Made by a program: the position numbers and the translations under genes
The notes under the pieces: generated by a model
The model's database searches: none
Told to the model about the DNA's origin: nothing
What the model saw: the letters and a program-made list of their open reading frames with translations, nothing else
Shown: piece by piece, positions 61,736 to 64,000 of the stretch
How positions within the stretch are numbered: the stretch's first letter is position 1
How the letters are laid out: the number at the start of each line of letters is the position of its first letter
Assembly (NCBI GenBank): GCA_045654705.1
Contig: JAZONY010000001.1
Coordinates: 2,156-66,155 of the forward strand
Direction: 5' to 3'
Source of the DNA: Victivallaceae bacterium
GTDB lineage: Bacteria > Verrucomicrobiota > Lentisphaeria > Victivallales > Victivallaceae
Length of the DNA: 64,000 nucleotides

Positions 61736-63847
61736 TCAATTCTGTCTGTGCAGATTGAGCATCTTGCGGTAGGCGGCGATCTCACGGAGTGCGCCGTCAG
61801 TCACCTGACGGATCTTCCATTCAAGGTGCCACTTGTCGCAGACATACTCCATGGAGGGTTCCCAGCCGAGGCGGGAGTCGAACTCAACCACGGGGATGGT
61901 ATCTCTGGCGTTTTCGATCTCTTCGTAAGCGAGGGCTTCGATCTTGTCGAGATATTTTTCAGCCTCTTCTGCGGTGGTGCAGTTCTGCATCGCCATATTG
62001 AGCTGCCACCACTTTTTGATGTTCATAACAGTTATGACACTGTTGCGGATGAAGTGCGCCAGAGCCTCAAGCCGTTTTGCCTCATCTTTTTTGCCGGGGT
62101 CGGCAACTTCGACAGCTTTGGAGGCGGCGGCAAGGCCTTTGTTCCAAAGATCCAGCATTTTCTGCAAGGAACGCAGTTCCGCAGGGTAACGCAGAAATCC
62201 GGGGGTCTGTTCCGCATTCTCGTAGGGGGTGTAGAAGGTCTTGACGATCTTCCACCCGAAATGGGCATGGGGCGCCGTGGGGAACTTGATCGCCTTGTCG
62301 CTCATGGTCCGGGAAATATTGGGCTGGAAGATGAAAGGATATGCCGCACCCACACGCCAGGGTCCGTACTGGTCCTCGTTGGAAGCCACATAGTGACTCA
62401 TGCCTTCGTTGAAATATCCCCATGCCTTGAGGATATGGGGCGCCGCCTTTTTGCCGTAGTCACGGATGGCGATCTTTTTGAGCAGTTCATCATAATCAGG
62501 CTCAAAATCCTCCCATGAACTCCACTTGCCCAGGTCGGCGGCAACGCTGTTCCACCAGCCGTAATGGTGGGTGCAATAGAGACTTCTGATGCCCCATTTT
62601 TTACCGGCTTCTCTCAGATTGAGGTCACGCTTGAGGATCTTTCCGGGGGCGGGGACAAGGGGGATGCATCCGAAGTCCCAGGCGATACCGGCGGTGTTCA
62701 CATTGCCGGTGATCCTGATGCCGTGCTTGTGGGCTTCGGCACATTCGCTTGTGAAGTAGTATCCCGGCTCATCGGCGGACATGGTGTAATCCATGACGGG
62801 GGTGTGGAGTCCCTCAAGTTTCCGCTGTGAGAAAATCTCGTAGCAGACCGACAAACTGACATTTTTAGGATAGTTTTCCAGAAACTTTTTCCGCAGTTCC
62901 AACGGAGCGTAACCCCAGTTGTAGGTGCTGTATCCCACGTTGATGTTGGGATTGCACTTGTGGACCGCCCTTTCAATGCCCTGAATATAGGCTGGGTAGT
63001 CGTAACAGGGATACCAGCCGGGGCTGGGACGGGTGTCGGGGATGCCGTCAACCACGCTCTCTTTGTAAGGTTTGCCTGTTGTGTTGGGGTCTTTGCTGGG
63101 GAACTCCAGACACTCGCCGCAAAGTCCGATGCTGGCGATCTTGGGGTAGCGGCGGCAGATCTCGCCGTAAACGCTGTCAAAAACCTCCTGCGCCTTGGGG
63201 TCGTCGGGGTGGACATAGGTGCGGATATAGTTGTGGAACACGGTGGTGATACCGAAACGGTAAGCCCGTTCAATGATCTCGTTGAAGTCGCAGTAGCCGA
63301 TATTGTTCCGGTCGATGCCCTGCAGAAAGAGGTCGATCTGGTCGTATCCGGCGTGGAGCAGACCCAGCAGCTCCTGATCGGGGTAGTAGTCAAGACCTGT
63401 TCCGGAGTGGACGGTTTTCGCATCATAAAGGGGCTTGCGGACAAACTTGCCGATCTCAAGGACAGGGGCCTCTTCAAGGTTCATCATATCCTCAATGTGG
63501 ATCGTTCCCCTGAAGGTCATCTTGTCTTCGCAGGCGCTCACTTTGACACTCTTTTTATCAACTTCGATGACAAAGCCTTTTTTCACCTTTTTGTTCACTT
63601 CGACCCAGATGACCTTTTCCCCCGGCTCACTGGTCAGAGCAATGGAAACGCCCATACTGGTCAGCATGTACTCCTGAAAGTCTTTGACGGCGATCAGGGC
63701 GATGGAGTCTTTATCACCGGCGCAGCCGATTTTCCACTCATCGGTAATAAGGATCTCGTTTTTTTTGGCTTTGCGTGAGAGATCCCGCCGGTCGGGCTTG
63801 TGGTACGCCCAGTGTCTTTTTCTGAAATCGTAATTTTTCTCGCTCAT
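61736..63847 (-). CDS. Hypothetical protein (large, cytoplasmic, glycosidase-like context)
   Basis: 703-aa product. ATG 63847 is preceded by AAGGAGCC and forms an ATGA overlap with the upstream ORF's stop codon. I recognise no named motif. Confidence 0.55.
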   Translation of the reverse strand: MSEKNYDFRKRHWAYHKPDRRDLSRKAKKNEILITDEWKIGCAGDKDSIALIAVKDFQEYMLTSMGVSIALTSEPGEKVIWVEVNKKVKKGFVIEVDKKSVKVSACEDKMTFRGTIHIEDMMNLEEAPVLEIGKFVRKPLYDAKTVHSGTGLDYYPDQELLGLLHAGYDQIDLFLQGIDRNNIGYCDFNEIIERAYRFGITTVFHNYIRTYVHPDDPKAQEVFDSVYGEICRRYPKIASIGLCGECLEFPSKDPNTTGKPYKESVVDGIPDTRPSPGWYPCYDYPAYIQGIERAVHKCNPNINVGYSTYNWGYAPLELRKKFLENYPKNVSLSVCYEIFSQRKLEGLHTPVMDYTMSADEPGYYFTSECAEAHKHGIRITGNVNTAGIAWDFGCIPLVPAPGKILKRDLNLREAGKKWGIRSLYCTHHYGWWNSVAADLGKWSSWEDFEPDYDELLKKIAIRDYGKKAAPHILKAWGYFNEGMSHYVASNEDQYGPWRVGAAYPFIFQPNISRTMSDKAIKFPTAPHAHFGWKIVKTFYTPYENAEQTPGFLRYPAELRSLQKMLDLWNKGLAAASKAVEVADPGKKDEAKRLEALAHFIRNSVITVMNIKKWWQLNMAMQNCTTAEEAEKYLDKIEALAYEEIENARDTIPVVEFDSRLGWEPSMEYVCDKWHLEWKIRQVTDGALREIAAYRKMLNLHRQN

Positions 63848-64000
63848 TTGATCTGGCTCCTTATTCTTGCACAATCCCGGCACCCTGACTTGTGGAGCAG
63901 GATAGCGGGGTCCTCTTCAAAAATCTTTTTCATGGCGGCGGCAACGGCGGGGGCCTCCATGACCGTAATGGTGGAAGGTCCTGCGTTGGCGGTTTTGATC
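63844..64000 (-). CDS. 3' end of an unidentified ORF entering from beyond the window (...TITVMEAPAVAAAMKKIFEEDPAILLHKSGCRDCARIRSQIK)
   Basis: The frame is open to the window edge. Its TGA overlaps the ATG of the next gene. Confidence 0.4.
   Translation of the reverse strand, partial: IKTANAGPSTITVMEAPAVAAAMKKIFEEDPAILLHKSGCRDCARIRSQIK

Noticed and set aside
3517-63778. Many long ORFs antisense to or overlapping confident genes (e.g. 3517-4266, 4961-5722, 5786-6625, 9537-10316, 11558-12715, 20580-21494, 21575-22315, 28278-28838, 30149-31198, 36453-37577, 41679-42608, 42612-43925, 45498-46835, 47305-48153, 49407-50663, 57344-58033, 58562-59218, 61748-62518, 62960-63778)
   Set aside because: These are shadow ORFs, typical of GC-rich coding DNA. 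Their products are low-complexity and Gly/Arg/Asp/His-rich with no motifs. Each is fully covered by a gene with clear family signatures on the other strand or in another frame.
1-64000. CRISPR arrays, transposases/IS elements, prophage blocks, known defence systems (RM, TA, Abi, CBASS, retron and similar)
   Set aside because: I see no regularly spaced repeats, no DDE, serine or tyrosine recombinase motifs, and no nuclease, methylase or reverse-transcriptase signatures in any ORF of the track.

Overview
This is a 64-kb chromosomal segment, moderately GC-rich by eye, from a diderm bacterium (LpxB, TolB-like protein, RseP, lipobox lipoproteins). The gene content suggests an anaerobic, saccharolytic lifestyle: rubrerythrin, a DUF1667/GlpA-type glycerol-3-phosphate dehydrogenase set, a GH29 fucosidase, a GH5-like enzyme, two GH36/clan-D-like proteins, three CE7-like esterases and a large beta-helix protein. 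The mix of housekeeping genes and orphan glycosidase-like genes resembles PVC-group genomes (Lentisphaerota, Verrucomicrobiota, Kiritimatiellota), but I cannot assign taxonomy without a database search. I call about 57 protein genes, one tRNA-Lys(CUU), many sigma70-type promoters (TTGACA/TTGAAA-N16/17-TATATT/TATCTT) and several intrinsic terminators. Housekeeping content includes purC (3' end), argB-aroK-aroC, lpxB, the 5-formyl-THF cyclo-ligase gene followed by rny and alr, tolB-like/folC, a cysteine desulfurase-like gene, metY, rseP-ispG, alaS and ilvB-ilvN-ilvA. I see no rRNA, CRISPR array, transposase, integrase or recognisable known defence system. The best-supported unusual feature is a pair of tandem isoleucine-only leader-peptide attenuators upstream of ilvBN-ilvA (56.9-57.35 kb), preceded by a separately promoted long hairpin RNA. 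Other candidates for follow-up are: (1) a translationally coupled rseP-ispG-[membrane coiled-coil protein]-MoxR-[membrane protein]-ABC ATPase-ABC-2 permease-thioesterase string that has no VWA or DUF58 partner; (2) an orphan two-gene cassette at 20.4-21.6 kb; (3) a short AlaRS lacking the C-Ala domain; (4) a tandem triplication of secreted CE7-like esterases; (5) a 508-nt promoter-containing non-coding gap upstream of the 5-formyl-THF cyclo-ligase gene. All functional calls rest on motif recognition by eye; no searches were run.
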